A stretch of DNA of 59,176 bases, filler included, from Sphacelaria rigidula (taxonomy: Eukaryota): NCBI GenBank assembly GCA_964200075.2. It is 5 parts of 5 records of this genome, joined end to end, with 100 filler letters (N's around TTAATTAATTAA, not from the genome) between each part and the next. Parts side by side here need not be neighbours in the genome. Positions count along the whole stretch, not along the records: positions 35,568 to 47,322 come from CAXNAA020004548.1; positions 47,423 to 59,176 come from CAXNAA020004549.1; 3 more parts are not named here. One strand, written 5' to 3'. The translations under genes were made by a program, and so were the position numbers. This document shows, piece after piece, positions 38,154-48,947 of the stretch (the stretch's first letter is position 1; every line of letters begins with the position of its first letter). The notes beneath the pieces are model-generated. The model was not told where the DNA came from and did no database searches. It was given only the letters and a program-made list of their open reading frames with translations.

Positions 38154-39791
38154 ATGTCTACCGCAGTGAGCCGCAACACCCTGGACGTCATCGAGTTCGA
38201 GAACTCTGCACAGATGCCGGAGTTGGGCGCGCCCATCAGCAGCTCTGTTCTGCCTCGGTGGCAGCGCAAGCAACTCCAGCAGCAGCAGCAGCAACAGCAG
38301 AACGCGTGCCCCTCATCATCGTCGGCCCTGGCATCATCTTCAATGTGCTCCACATCATCAGCATCATCAGACACCGCCCAAAATGGCGCCAACCAACTGG
38401 CGACAGCAGAAACGCGCGACCGCTTCATCCCCAACCGCAGCTCCATGTGCATGGACAGGGCCAACTACCTGCTCAGCAAGGAGAACGGCAACCCCGAATG
38501 CGGTGCCGGTGGTGCGGATGGATCGCGGGTGTCGAACGCCGCTGCACCATCCGGCGTCGCCCAGGTCGCTGGCAACGGCGGGGAGTTCAAGAAGGCGCTG
38601 GGTGAAAACCTGCTCGGCGTGCCGGCAACCATCAACGGCAACGGACACCGTGTGTTGGCCTTCCGCACCAAGGCGCCCGCGCCGGAAGAGGGCTACCAAA
38701 ACCGGTTGAAGGTGCTGTACACCCAAAACAAGGGACTTGCCGGCGCCGGCGCCGTCCGCCCGACGCGTCACATCCCATCGGCGCCCGCTCGCATCTTGGA
38801 CGCCCCAGACCTTCTGGATGACTACTACCTCAACCTTCTGTCCTGGGGCGCCAGCGACATCCTGGCTGTGGCACTCGGCAGCGCCGTGTACCTGTGGAAC
38901 GCCAAAAGTGGGGACATCACCGAGCTCCTCAACCTGGATGGCGACGACTATGTCTCCTCGGTGTCTTGGACCGCCAGCGGCAACCACGTCGCCGTGGGCA
39001 CCGCAGGTGGGGAAACCCAGCTGTGGGACGCCGCGGCGGTGAAACGTCTTCGCACCATGAACGGCCACAGCGCACGCGTCGGTGCGCTGTCCTGGAACCA
39101 GCACGTGCTGACCACCGGGTCGCGCGACACTACAGCAGTGCACCACGACGTCCGCTCCCGTCACCACGCCGTTGGCACCATGCGAGCCCACACCCAGGAG
39201 GTCTGCGGGCTGGCGTGGTCACCCGATGGGTCCACACTGGCTTCCGGCGCCAACGACAACACCCTCTGCCTCTGGGATGCATCCGTTGGAGAAGGCCGCT
39301 TCTCCACCGCGACGCCCCGTTTTACGCTGACGGATCACCAGGCTGCCGTGAAAGCGTTGGCCTGGTGCCCGTTCAAGCGCAACACGCTTGCGTCTGGTGG
39401 AGGCACGGCTGACCGCTGCATTAAGATCTGGAACTCCCAGACAGGTGGGCTGGTCAACAGTGTGGATACCGGAAGCCAGGTGTGCTCCCTACTGTGGTCA
39501 CACACCGAGGAGGAGCTGCTCTCCAGCCACGGGTATGCCGAAAACCAGCTGTGCCTGTGGAAGTACCCCTCCATGGTGAAGACCAAGGAGTTGAAGGGGC
39601 ACACTTCCCGGGTGCTTCACCTTGCCGCGTCGCCGGATGGGCGTCAGGTGGTGTCGGGTGCCGGCGACGAGACTCTCCGATTCTGGGATGTCTTTGCGCC
39701 GCCTTCCAAGTCTTCGAGGGGTGCCAGCGGAGGAAAAAACGGGGCCGGTCGATTGGAGGCGGAGGGGGCGCGTCCTCTGAAAATCAGGTGA
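38154..39791 (+). CDS. CDC20: APC/C co-activator CDC20/Fizzy (WD40), 545 aa, single uninterrupted ORF
   Basis: C-box DRFIPNR, KEN, MAD2-binding-like RVLAF, ILDAPDLLDDYYLNLLSW, WD40 repeats (HTQEVCGL, LASGGGTADRCI, GHTSRVL, DETLRFW) and a C-terminal IR tail. Confidence 0.95.
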   Translation: MSTAVSRNTLDVIEFENSAQMPELGAPISSSVLPRWQRKQLQQQQQQQQNACPSSSSALASSSMCSTSSASSDTAQNGANQLATAETRDRFIPNRSSMCMDRANYLLSKENGNPECGAGGADGSRVSNAAAPSGVAQVAGNGGEFKKALGENLLGVPATINGNGHRVLAFRTKAPAPEEGYQNRLKVLYTQNKGLAGAGAVRPTRHIPSAPARILDAPDLLDDYYLNLLSWGASDILAVALGSAVYLWNAKSGDITELLNLDGDDYVSSVSWTASGNHVAVGTAGGETQLWDAAAVKRLRTMNGHSARVGALSWNQHVLTTGSRDTTAVHHDVRSRHHAVGTMRAHTQEVCGLAWSPDGSTLASGANDNTLCLWDASVGEGRFSTATPRFTLTDHQAAVKALAWCPFKRNTLASGGGTADRCIKIWNSQTGGLVNSVDTGSQVCSLLWSHTEEELLSSHGYAENQLCLWKYPSMVKTKELKGHTSRVLHLAASPDGRQVVSGAGDETLRFWDVFAPPSKSSRGASGGKNGAGRLEAEGARPLKIR

Positions 39792-41937
39792 GTGGACAGT
39801 ATTTTGTTTGTGTCCGCTCTGTCTTTTTATTCTCTTTTATAATACTTTGTTTTTCCAAATGTAATTACCCAAATGTGTAAAGAAAATGGAGAATCACGAA
39901 AATGTAGACAGTACTTCGAGTCATGTGTACAGTAGAGGTTGCTTTGTGTTGTGCTTTAGGGGGGCTCATTGCAAGATTTTCCGGCCGTGTGTGCGTTACG
40001 TTTGTGCGCTGCGTTGGTTTTGCATTGTGTTTGCGTGCTTGGTTCGTGTCTATTTTTTTTGTTCCTGTGCCGTGTATCGATGACGGCACAAGGAGTCCGG
40101 CATGTATTGATTCATCCCGAAACCGGGACGTGATCAGTATTTCGTCACTCGGGCACTTTCTCCGACCGCGCGCGCGCGAGCAAACCGGTGTAGTGTAGAC
40201 GTAGCTGTGTTCCTGGTCGGTTGCTATTGAAAGCATCTGCCACCCCCCACACAACCCGAGGGAAATGAAAGCTCCAGGCCGGGGGTAGGCGCGACGGAAC
40301 GTGTTTCTAAACGCCGACTGTCTGCTGCCGCCCCGGTCGCCGCCCCTCCTGCATGAAGGAAAACCGATGGAATACTTGACGACCCATACCATCTTATTGT
40401 TGAACGGCTTCGTACTAAGTGGTCATTGGCATGAGATTGGACGGCAATAAGGGAAAAACTGTTTTGCGGCCTGAGAACATGCAGCGGAAAGGTACGGGAA
40501 TGAACTTGACTGCCATTGCACCCGTTCAGCCACGCAATCGCCAACTGGAGTAGTCAAGCCCTTTCGAAACCGTTGATGGAAGACCGACGATCCACGGTAA
40601 TTTTTTCTTGGACAAGATACTTGATTTTTCCACAACTATTGGGAGTGCAGCACACAAAACGATGAACATGATCGTACTCTTCATGAGCTCCGTCTCGAGC
40701 GTGGTCACATGTGGTGAGGAGTACCACCGACCATATGACTATCGGATAGGAGGCGGAGAATCCGTCAACTACTGTTCAGTGCGAGGATTGTCCACTCGAG
40801 GCCCGGAGATACTGGGGCAGGCGAGATCATCACTGAGGCCAGTCCGCAACGAGAGGTGAGTCGTACGTATCGCGGGACCAATCTTGTCTTGGCGAAGCAA
40901 ATATATCATTTTGGACCTCGAGTAGTGTAGGTGTTGTGCCAATCTCTGGAATTCCTGCTTGAACTATCTCCGCCCAAGGGCCGAGGAACGTTTCACCCCT
41001 GCCCGGCCCCAACAAAGTTTGGCGTCGGTGGTTATTGGACTGCACGCAAATACCCGTGAAGTCACCTCCATTTTCGCTAGTAAAACGGTACAAATCACGG
41101 AATGTTCAGGAAAGCTACATGCAGCCGCCTCACAGGGCAGATGTTGATGTCCAAGGTTTCTGGTGAGGGATCTCACTGTCTGAAACTACCTGTACCGCAT
41201 GGTGAGGGAGACATTCACAGCATCGTACTGAAAAGGTATCGATTTTGATTTTACTTTCATGGAAAGTGCAAGCCAAACGCTGCTGTGTCAACAAGATTGG
41301 TTCGTAATTCAATGAATCATTCCAACTGAAAGTACACGCGTCACCTACGAATGACGGTTTGGCTCACGAGAAATGAACTGTCTTGCGAGTACATTGATTC
41401 GAGCCTGGGTATGGTCGGTGTTGCGGTGATTTTGTTCCTCCGGAGCGCTCACTTCACATCAGAAGACGGACAATCTTGTTGCACTATCTAGTGTCCTGCC
41501 TATGTCTGCACCGGTCGGGAAGCACACGCCCACGAGCTGCCAATACGTTAACCGGTCATTGCGAACAGCAGCTGTCGTGGCTGATACACACCAACGTAAC
41601 TGCAGTGAAGAGCGTGCCTGGAATGGTCATGAGACGAGAAAGTACGGATATTTGAAGATGATGAGCAGCAGCGTCGCACATCCGCAAACTACCAACGATG
41701 CTGATGATGTCGACGATCAGAAGGTTCATGACAGGCGGATTAGCTTCGCCTTTATGTCCTACACAGCTATGGCTGCGGGATTTAAGAGGGAATTTCTCGT
41801 GGGCCCCATGGGGTCAGGGTCATGGCTCCATTCTTGCCAGTCGCTTGGGCACGCTCTGATACACTCTGTCCCGATCAAGGTTAACGTCAACTTTCCCCTA
41901 TTTACATTATACAGTCACGTGAAACATTGTGGCTCTT

Positions 41938-41947
41938 NNNNNNNNNN
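41938..41947. other. 10-N scaffold gap
   Basis: Direct observation. Confidence 0.95.
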
Positions 41948-42971
41948 GACCTAGGCATACATGATGCCCCGTCTGAAATCAAAGTTACTCTTCGACACAC
42001 CAGCCAAAGTTTATGCGCGACCTCGCTCTCCGCAACTCAATACATGGAGGGTACTCGGTGTCGATAGGCTAATTCGCGCTTCGTGCACAGCTGTACAGAA
42101 CAAAGCAGCACCTGGGGGTACGCTACAGGGTGCGATACTATCCGTCACACTGCCCGCCGCGAGGTCAAACACGCATGGCACATCTCATTCTGATTCTATT
42201 GGAAGTATGGACGGACAGATACTGAATATATGACCGCGGTCCCCAGCAGATGTAACGCACATACTCGTACTAAAATCGCTACCGAGCCTTGGCTTCTGCA
42301 CTGGAGCCCCGTCATGAAAGCAGCTGAGTCTAGTCTTTTCTGCCAACTCCTTCTGTAATTCGACATGTCGTGCACAGTCACTCACAACAAGGGAGCGCCT
42401 GGGGGCACGCAACCGAAGAGCATGTTGTCTCGACTTGCTTGCGGCAGGGCAAGTTGATATTATTATTATTACGGTTCATCATTATTGCGGCAGGGCAAGT
42501 AGTATGCGCACCTATCCATCCTGATGAATCATCTTCGATCTCGAAAGACGCTACTGATCCTCGACTAAAAGTGCCGATCGCGCACCGCCTACAAGTCGGC
42601 AGCGACGCGAGGGATTGGACTGCGGCTAAACTCATGCTACGTCTGGTTTTTGCGTTTGCGTGATGCTGACTCGCTAGTGACCTATTTGTAATGAAATGAC
42701 GTGTCTTCTGCTCTGAAAAGATATACCAAACGAGGAGATGTTTGGTGTATGCGGGGGCCTGTCGAGTGCCGTGTATCGGCTTGCTACCTGTATCGAGAAC
42801 CACGCCATCTCCACTGCTACCGGTTCCCCATTTTACACAAACTAAAAAAAAGTGATGAAGCGGGTGTTCTGTTCGTGATGGCCTCGGCACAGGTCCGACC
42901 ACCCATTGTGTTTCTTACTCTGAATCTTGTGCTAATGTCTGGTCGTCAAGGTCCCCCTTTCCCACCCATAC

Positions 42972-43328
42972 GGTCGCCTGGGTGGCTCAGTTGGTGACCT
43001 CGAAACCTTTTGACGGTTGGGTCGTGAGTTTAAATCTTGGTGCAGTCACACGATCTGGGATTTTTTCTCACACCATGCCCAACAGTGGAGAGCGACCATG
43101 TCGTGGATATACAAAAGTTCGACTTTACCGTCGATGAGGGAAAGGGACTGCTGAGCCCCTCTCGCGATAAAAACATGAGGCGAGCACCGCAAGGAAGGTA
43201 TTAAAACAAAAGAAAAAAAGAAGCTCCTGTGTTGGCCTTCCTGTGTGACCCCGGCTGATGCGCCCACATATACCAAAAGGTGTGGACTGGGGTCCAGAAT
43301 TAATGGGATGACAACACAACACACACAC
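42972..43328 (+). mobile_element. Intact tRNA-derived SINE
   Basis: A-box TGGCTCAGTTGG, degenerate B-box GAGTTTAAATC, body shared with 25765-25985, 3' part shared with 32150-32230 and 46250-46330, and an (AC)-rich tail. Confidence 0.75.
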
Positions 43329-44649
43329 CGGTGCCACAGTGTGGGTCGTAGTCAGGGTTGTTCCGGTGTTTGCACTTTTGATTAAGTCTTGATCTGAAGT
43401 ACGGTCCACTGACGTATTCATGAAATACTTGATAACTGAGGTTCACCATGAACATTTTGTTGCTCGACTGAAAATTGTATTGTCCAGCATGAACATTTTC
43501 CAGCAGGTACAGTGACTTCTTCCTGAAAGTACAGCACGCCTTCCTTCTCAAGCTTCATATATTCTTTCTGGAGCTACATGGATTTTTTTCCGGAGGTGGC
43601 ACGTGCACATGTTTTGAAGGTGCAGTACTTGACGCCTGAACTACTCATGTCTTGGACTCTTTCGCTTGCCACCGTTGATCACCTCTGGGAACTGGAGACA
43701 CCTACATCTACCTTGCATGTTGGACAACAATCGTGGGTCCTTGAACCTTTCAGCCCAGATCCTGAATGGTGAATTTGACTGTCGATTGAGCCACCTCGAT
43801 CGTGGGTGTGAGAAGATGTCCAGGTTTGTCATGATTGGTTGTCCGCACATGAAACCGATTTCACAACCCCGTAATCCTAGTCGTAGGCTCGTCCTTCCAA
43901 CACCATCCCTGCTACTCCTTTCAATATATCCTGCCTTGGAATATAATGAGGGGCCCCCAAAACAAACGACAGAACGAACTTGGCCAGTCTGGACACGGAT
44001 GTCGACTCTCGAAGTAATATGTTGATACGGACGTGTTGGGCCGTGATCCGCACATCCATCTTCTAAAGAAGATGAGGCAATTTTTCGTCTCTGATAAATT
44101 GTCTAGATTCCTATACCTCGCGGAGATGGCGTTCAAACTAGAATCTACATGGAATCACGAACGATCAACCAAGCGGATGGTGACGATTTTTGGTGGGGAC
44201 TTTCCCTGGAGCATGAGACGATACGAACTAATTTGACCTGATTCCTCATCTGTCTCGAGGTATGGCGCATATAAATTTCCATGCTGAAACCAATGTATTA
44301 CGAGCAGGGGCACTGGATGACCTTGTAGCTGTTGTCTTCACATGAAAACCCGTTCCGATACTTGTGCGGTACATTCATCCTGGGCATCTGATGCAAACGC
44401 CTGGGTGGTGACGGGCCAGCAAGGATAATGAGGTGATGAAAAATACCCAGATTCAATCTCACAAAACGCGATACAAGCGAAACAGGAATAAACCATGGAG
44501 AGGGGGTACATGTTCCACAGGATGCTCCTGTCCCCTCGTTATCATCCAGAATCCTACATGCTACATTTCATTTACTACACCTCGATGTATTTTGGTTACA
44601 ACACCCCCACCACGAGGTCGAGACAAACGAACGAGCTTGAAAACCAACG

Positions 44650-45095
44650 AAAAAACCAAGGCGAATTTGCATCCTACATGTCGGAGACGCTGTACTCCGA
44701 TACTGATCCACTCGTCAGCGCCCGAGTCAACCTCAGTTTACGCAATTCCTTCGCAACGAATTCAGGCGCAGAAGTATTCATCTTCCGAAGAAACTCATAC
44801 GTAATTTCATCAAAATCGAAGCCATCTCAATCGACCAAAACAAAAACATGACCATTGCTTGAGAACCATTCGACCAATGGGTATACGCAATGGTCACGTT
44901 ACTATTTTGGTCGATTGAGATGGGTTCGGTACTGACGAAAGTACTAGAAGTGCCTTCGGAAGATATATTTTTCAGCGCATGACTTGTTGCGAAGGAATTG
45001 CGTAAACTGAGGCTGACTCGGGCGCTTACGAGTGAAGTAGCGTCGGAAGTACGGCATTTCTTTGTGATTTGGAGCATACTAATTCGCCTTTTTTT
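44650..45095. repeat. Long imperfect fold-back (~220-bp arms, ~5-nt loop)
   Basis: For example GCGCCCGAGTCAACCTCAGTTTACGCAATTCCTTCGCAAC pairs with GTTGCGAAGGAATTGCGTAAACTGAGGCTGACTCGGGCGC. Centre CCATT-CGACC-AATGG at ~44866-44880. Confidence 0.88.
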
Positions 45096-45699
45096 GACTA
45101 CAAGTTGGACAGTAAAATTTGGTGTGGACAATGAACAGGGCATTGAAGAACGCTGTCTACGAGGTCCCGAAGTTTTTTTTCAGATGTTTTCTCATGAGTT
45201 GAGGGCAACCATCAGCTTTGAGGTTCTAGTATAATGCCCTCAACTCACGGAATTTTTTTCGGGACCTCTCAGACAGCTTTTCTTCATCCCCAAGTGATTG
45301 TCCAAACCAAATTTCCCTGTCCAATTTGTAGCCAAGGAAAAAACAAGTCAAATTCGCCTAAAACGTGCAAATCTGCCTGTAGGATGGCCCAGCGTGTAGC
45401 CCTCCCGCGCCTGAACGAGGAAAAGAACAAAAAAAGGTGGACGGAAAGAGTGAAGAAATGATGATGAGACAACAGAAGACAGGTGGCACAGGGAGATGAG
45501 CATGGCCAAGTCCGGGTTCAACTCGAAAAACAACCCCAGGCACCCGTACCGACCACCACAGCTGTTCGGAAAAGGGCGGCAGATACATCAGCGAGTGCAC
45601 TGCCCGATGGACAACAGGTTACTTTTCGGAGGTCCTCGGTCAGCACCGGGGAGCTCTAAATGCCGTACAGCGAAAACTCCTGAGCTTGGCGTGTTTTAG

Positions 45700-45850
45700 T
45701 CCAGGCTGCCTTATACAAGTTAGCCCACTCCTGACACCTCGAGACCATTCGGACCTATCAAGTGCAACCTGCGTCCACGATGTCGCGTTTATTCCACAGA
45801 GTGAGTAGAAGTCCGTGATGCATAATATTGGGCTCGTAGCACGATTCATG
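45700..45850 (-). mobile_element. Possible RTE-type LINE ORF2 C-terminal fragment
   Basis: GINATSWTQVALDRSEWSRGV resembles the W…A.DR..WR..V end of RTE-clade ORF2. Confidence 0.4.
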
Positions 45851-47322
45851 AAGCCGAAAACTCGTGTTTCACAGCGAATTGAATATAGCCCTCCTGATGA
45901 ACGGGGTTTCTATTCGTATCGCCCGATAAAACTAACTGACAACTAAGTTGGGCACCGGGGGCGGCACATTCGACTTGTATCGAAAAGTAACAGCGAGAAG
46001 AAAACAGCAAGGGCAGGTCGAGTAGAGTATGCTCAATTGCGAGGTATCTTGAAAGACGCACTAAAGGTTCTCAAATTAGGGTAGAGTTTGAGGAGTCGTA
46101 CCCCAAGACTAACTGGGGAGCGATCCCTAAAACCCTACCCCCATTTTGTGTACTTCAAGTGCGACTTATGAAGTACCCCGCAATGGAGTATACTCTACCT
46201 GACTTACCCTTGAAACCCTGATCAAAAAATAGTACAGGCACCGAGTCGTCGTCCCCGGCTGGTGCGCCCACATACACCGAAAGGTGTAGATTGGCACCCA
46301 GCATAGACGAGACATCACACACGAGACATATATTTGGGTCGCTGCTTCCTCTCTCTGTCCTTGATTCTTCGGGTGCCTCTGTCGTTCTGTGTTCCTCTCC
46401 TTAGTTTCCTCCTTTTTGTAGCTCCTGACCACGGGCTGGGTTGTTTTAACCACCCAACGTGAAATGACCAATCGAAATATATTTTTGTGAAATCACGTGA
46501 CGCGCGTGGCGTGAGTTTGAAAACTTGGGCGCTGAAAACATCTCATCAAAGTGCGAAACATTCAATATTTTCCGGGAGATGAGGGAAGATTCATGCCGGA
46601 AATCAAGTACAGTACTTCGTTTATTCATGTCACACTCTGGAAATAGATTTCACTTGACGATGAGTATCGCGTACAGTATCGACTATTGCGTCTCCACAAC
46701 AGGTGATTAGTGAGTACTCTGCGCAGTATACTCGAGGATGTGACCACGTGTTCACGGGTTTTATCATATCGTTGTACGACCTGGATACGTCGTATAACGT
46801 GCGTACGCCGGAACACGACGTTTTCAGTATTCCGAATCAACACGGTGTGAGCATATCGCTGTGAACTGGACACCAGTCCCGTAACGCAGCTGTCCCGCTG
46901 AAGAAATGATGGAAAAACTAGATGATATATGACGTCAACGATGAACCAACTGCCGAAAGACCAAGTGATGTGTCGTGATTTGAGCCCGTGACTAAGGTAC
47001 ATGGTTGATCGATTGATCATGTGATTATCCTAGTGTGCCCGTATCGCCTTACGCGAAGTTTCATGCGCAGCTCATTTTTACGAGCTGGGCCAGCTTTGCA
47101 ACGGACCACAGCTATCTCATCGACTTGAACGAATCGGCCCGTTACCCACATATTTTACTGTAGTAGTCAGCGTCAAGAGTTTTCAGAAATCGTCGTTGTC
47201 CTTTTTTCTGAATTTTGCTGGAGTACCGTTCTTCAGTACTACTTGAGGCCGCAAGAGGAACGTTGTGATTCTGTTATTTGGTTGGCGGTATTTGGGGCCT
47301 TGATTCTCGCCCGTAGTCGGAC

Positions 47323-47422
47323 NNNNNNNNNNNNNNNNNNNNNNNNNNNNNNNNNNNNNNNNNNNNTTAATTAATTAANNNNNNNNNNNNNNNNNNNNNN
47401 NNNNNNNNNNNNNNNNNNNNNN
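47323..47422. other. Artificial contig spacer
   Basis: N44-TTAATTAATTAA-N44. Confidence 0.98.
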
Positions 47423-47486
47423 GAGTGCAAGCCTGGTCCGGCGAAAACCCGGCGTGCTCCATCCCGGCTTTGTAGGGATGCGAGGC
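47423..47486 (+). mobile_element. LINE 3'-region fragment at the contig start
   Basis: GAGTGCAAGCCTGGTCCGGCGAAAACCCGGCGTGCTCCATCCCGGCTTTGTAGGGATGCGAGG, nearly identical to 24595-24657. Confidence 0.8.
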
Positions 47487-48903
47487 ACGACGAGATACGT
47501 AATTAATGCACGCTTCCCAAAATCGACACGGACCTCGAGATACTTTGGCGTCTATCTCATTATGATACGTATCGGTCCAGAACGTCTCCTCGCGGTTTTA
47601 CGCACGTCCTCAAACGTGGCCAGCTCGTGCGGCGTTAGCTAGTCCTTCACCACCGAATACCAGCAATGTTGCCGCAGGTAGACCGATCACGACCACCCGA
47701 CATCACGGGACTAGAACGGGCACAAAGCTAATGGTTCAAGGAACCAAAGCAGATCAAACTGCATCGCTTCAGTGAAAAGTATGCACTGATTGAATAATTG
47801 ATTGGTGGTCGCACTCTCACTGCCCCCCAGGGATTCAGCCGTGGTCACATGGTGGACGCACCCAAGACAAAACAAAACTGAAACGCTTGCTGAAAAAAAA
47901 GAACAGAAAAATTAGTGGAAAACAACCTAGTGAACTAAGACATAAAACATACGGAAAGAAAAGAAAAGAAAAAAAGAGAAAAAAAGGAGAAAAAAAAGAA
48001 TGGCCGGCCTCTGCCACATAGCTTCGGCGGAAAAGGTCTTGCGCAAAACCACACTCCTACCCAGCCGAGGAAAACAAAGGTCGTGGAAAAGGAAAAAATT
48101 GCGGCTCATCTACTAAGAACGCATTTTTTAGGGTATGGATCCTCTCATCCATTAACAAACACAAATGAAGCGAGATACCACACTGCTCTGGCATACACTG
48201 GCAGGAAGGAACACACACACATATATATAGAGAGAGAAATATGGGGAAAGGGAGAATAGAGAAGGAGATTACAGAAGTGGTGAAGCCCAAAGATGAAAAT
48301 GATATTTTCTATGCTAGGATGCACTACTGCTGAAATAACACGAGCAAGCAGCAGCAGCTGCTATATCTAGGTGGTGGTCATCTGGCGGTGTAACCGCGAT
48401 TGACAAGCGTTTCCTGATCGCAGAGGTCTGATGCTCGACTGCAGGTGTTTCCCGCGGAGAGTCCCATTCGGCACCAGTACCTGAAGTGTCGACACAATCG
48501 TTGCACAGTAACGAGTTGGGGTTGCCTAATAACACAACCAGCGTGGGATTGGGTAGGGACGTAGTGTTATTATCCACGCGTGACTCTATTCTTTGCACAC
48601 GATCCCTGATGTAGGTTTTGCGTTTGACGATTTTTTTGTCTACCTTGGCCTCACACGCCTGTCCCAACCACCGTCAGGTATCGCTTTCCCCGATCAGTCA
48701 GAGCTGGTGACACCATTAAATCTGCGCGTGACAGTTCACAGCGCCCTTCGCGTTCGTTGGGATACTTCGACTCTTCTTCAGTATTTAGTCTGCCAAGGCT
48801 GTTCATCAACTGTCCTGATGCCTACTGCAACGGGTCGCGAGGGTAGATGATGATTATTGGCTGTGCTTGTAGAATGGTTGTACTTTTGTTCGATGGACAA
48901 CAC

Positions 48904-48947
48904 ATCCACTGAGCTAACAGTCAGCGCTGACTGTTAGCTCAGTGGAT
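48904..48947. repeat. Perfect 44-bp spacerless palindrome
   Basis: ATCCACTGAGCTAACAGTCAGC-GCTGACTGTTAGCTCAGTGGAT. Confidence 0.95.

Noticed and set aside
38120..39880. Overlapping and antisense ORFs on CDC20 (e.g. 38367-39191, 274 aa)
   Set aside because: Expected shadows of GC-rich codon usage, with no recognisable domains.
42972..43050. Functional tRNA gene
   Set aside because: The B-box is degenerate, no convincing cloverleaf forms, and it continues into a repeated SINE body.
43330..44400. Named transposase in broken Cys-containing frames
   Set aside because: The motifs are too degraded to assign without a profile search.
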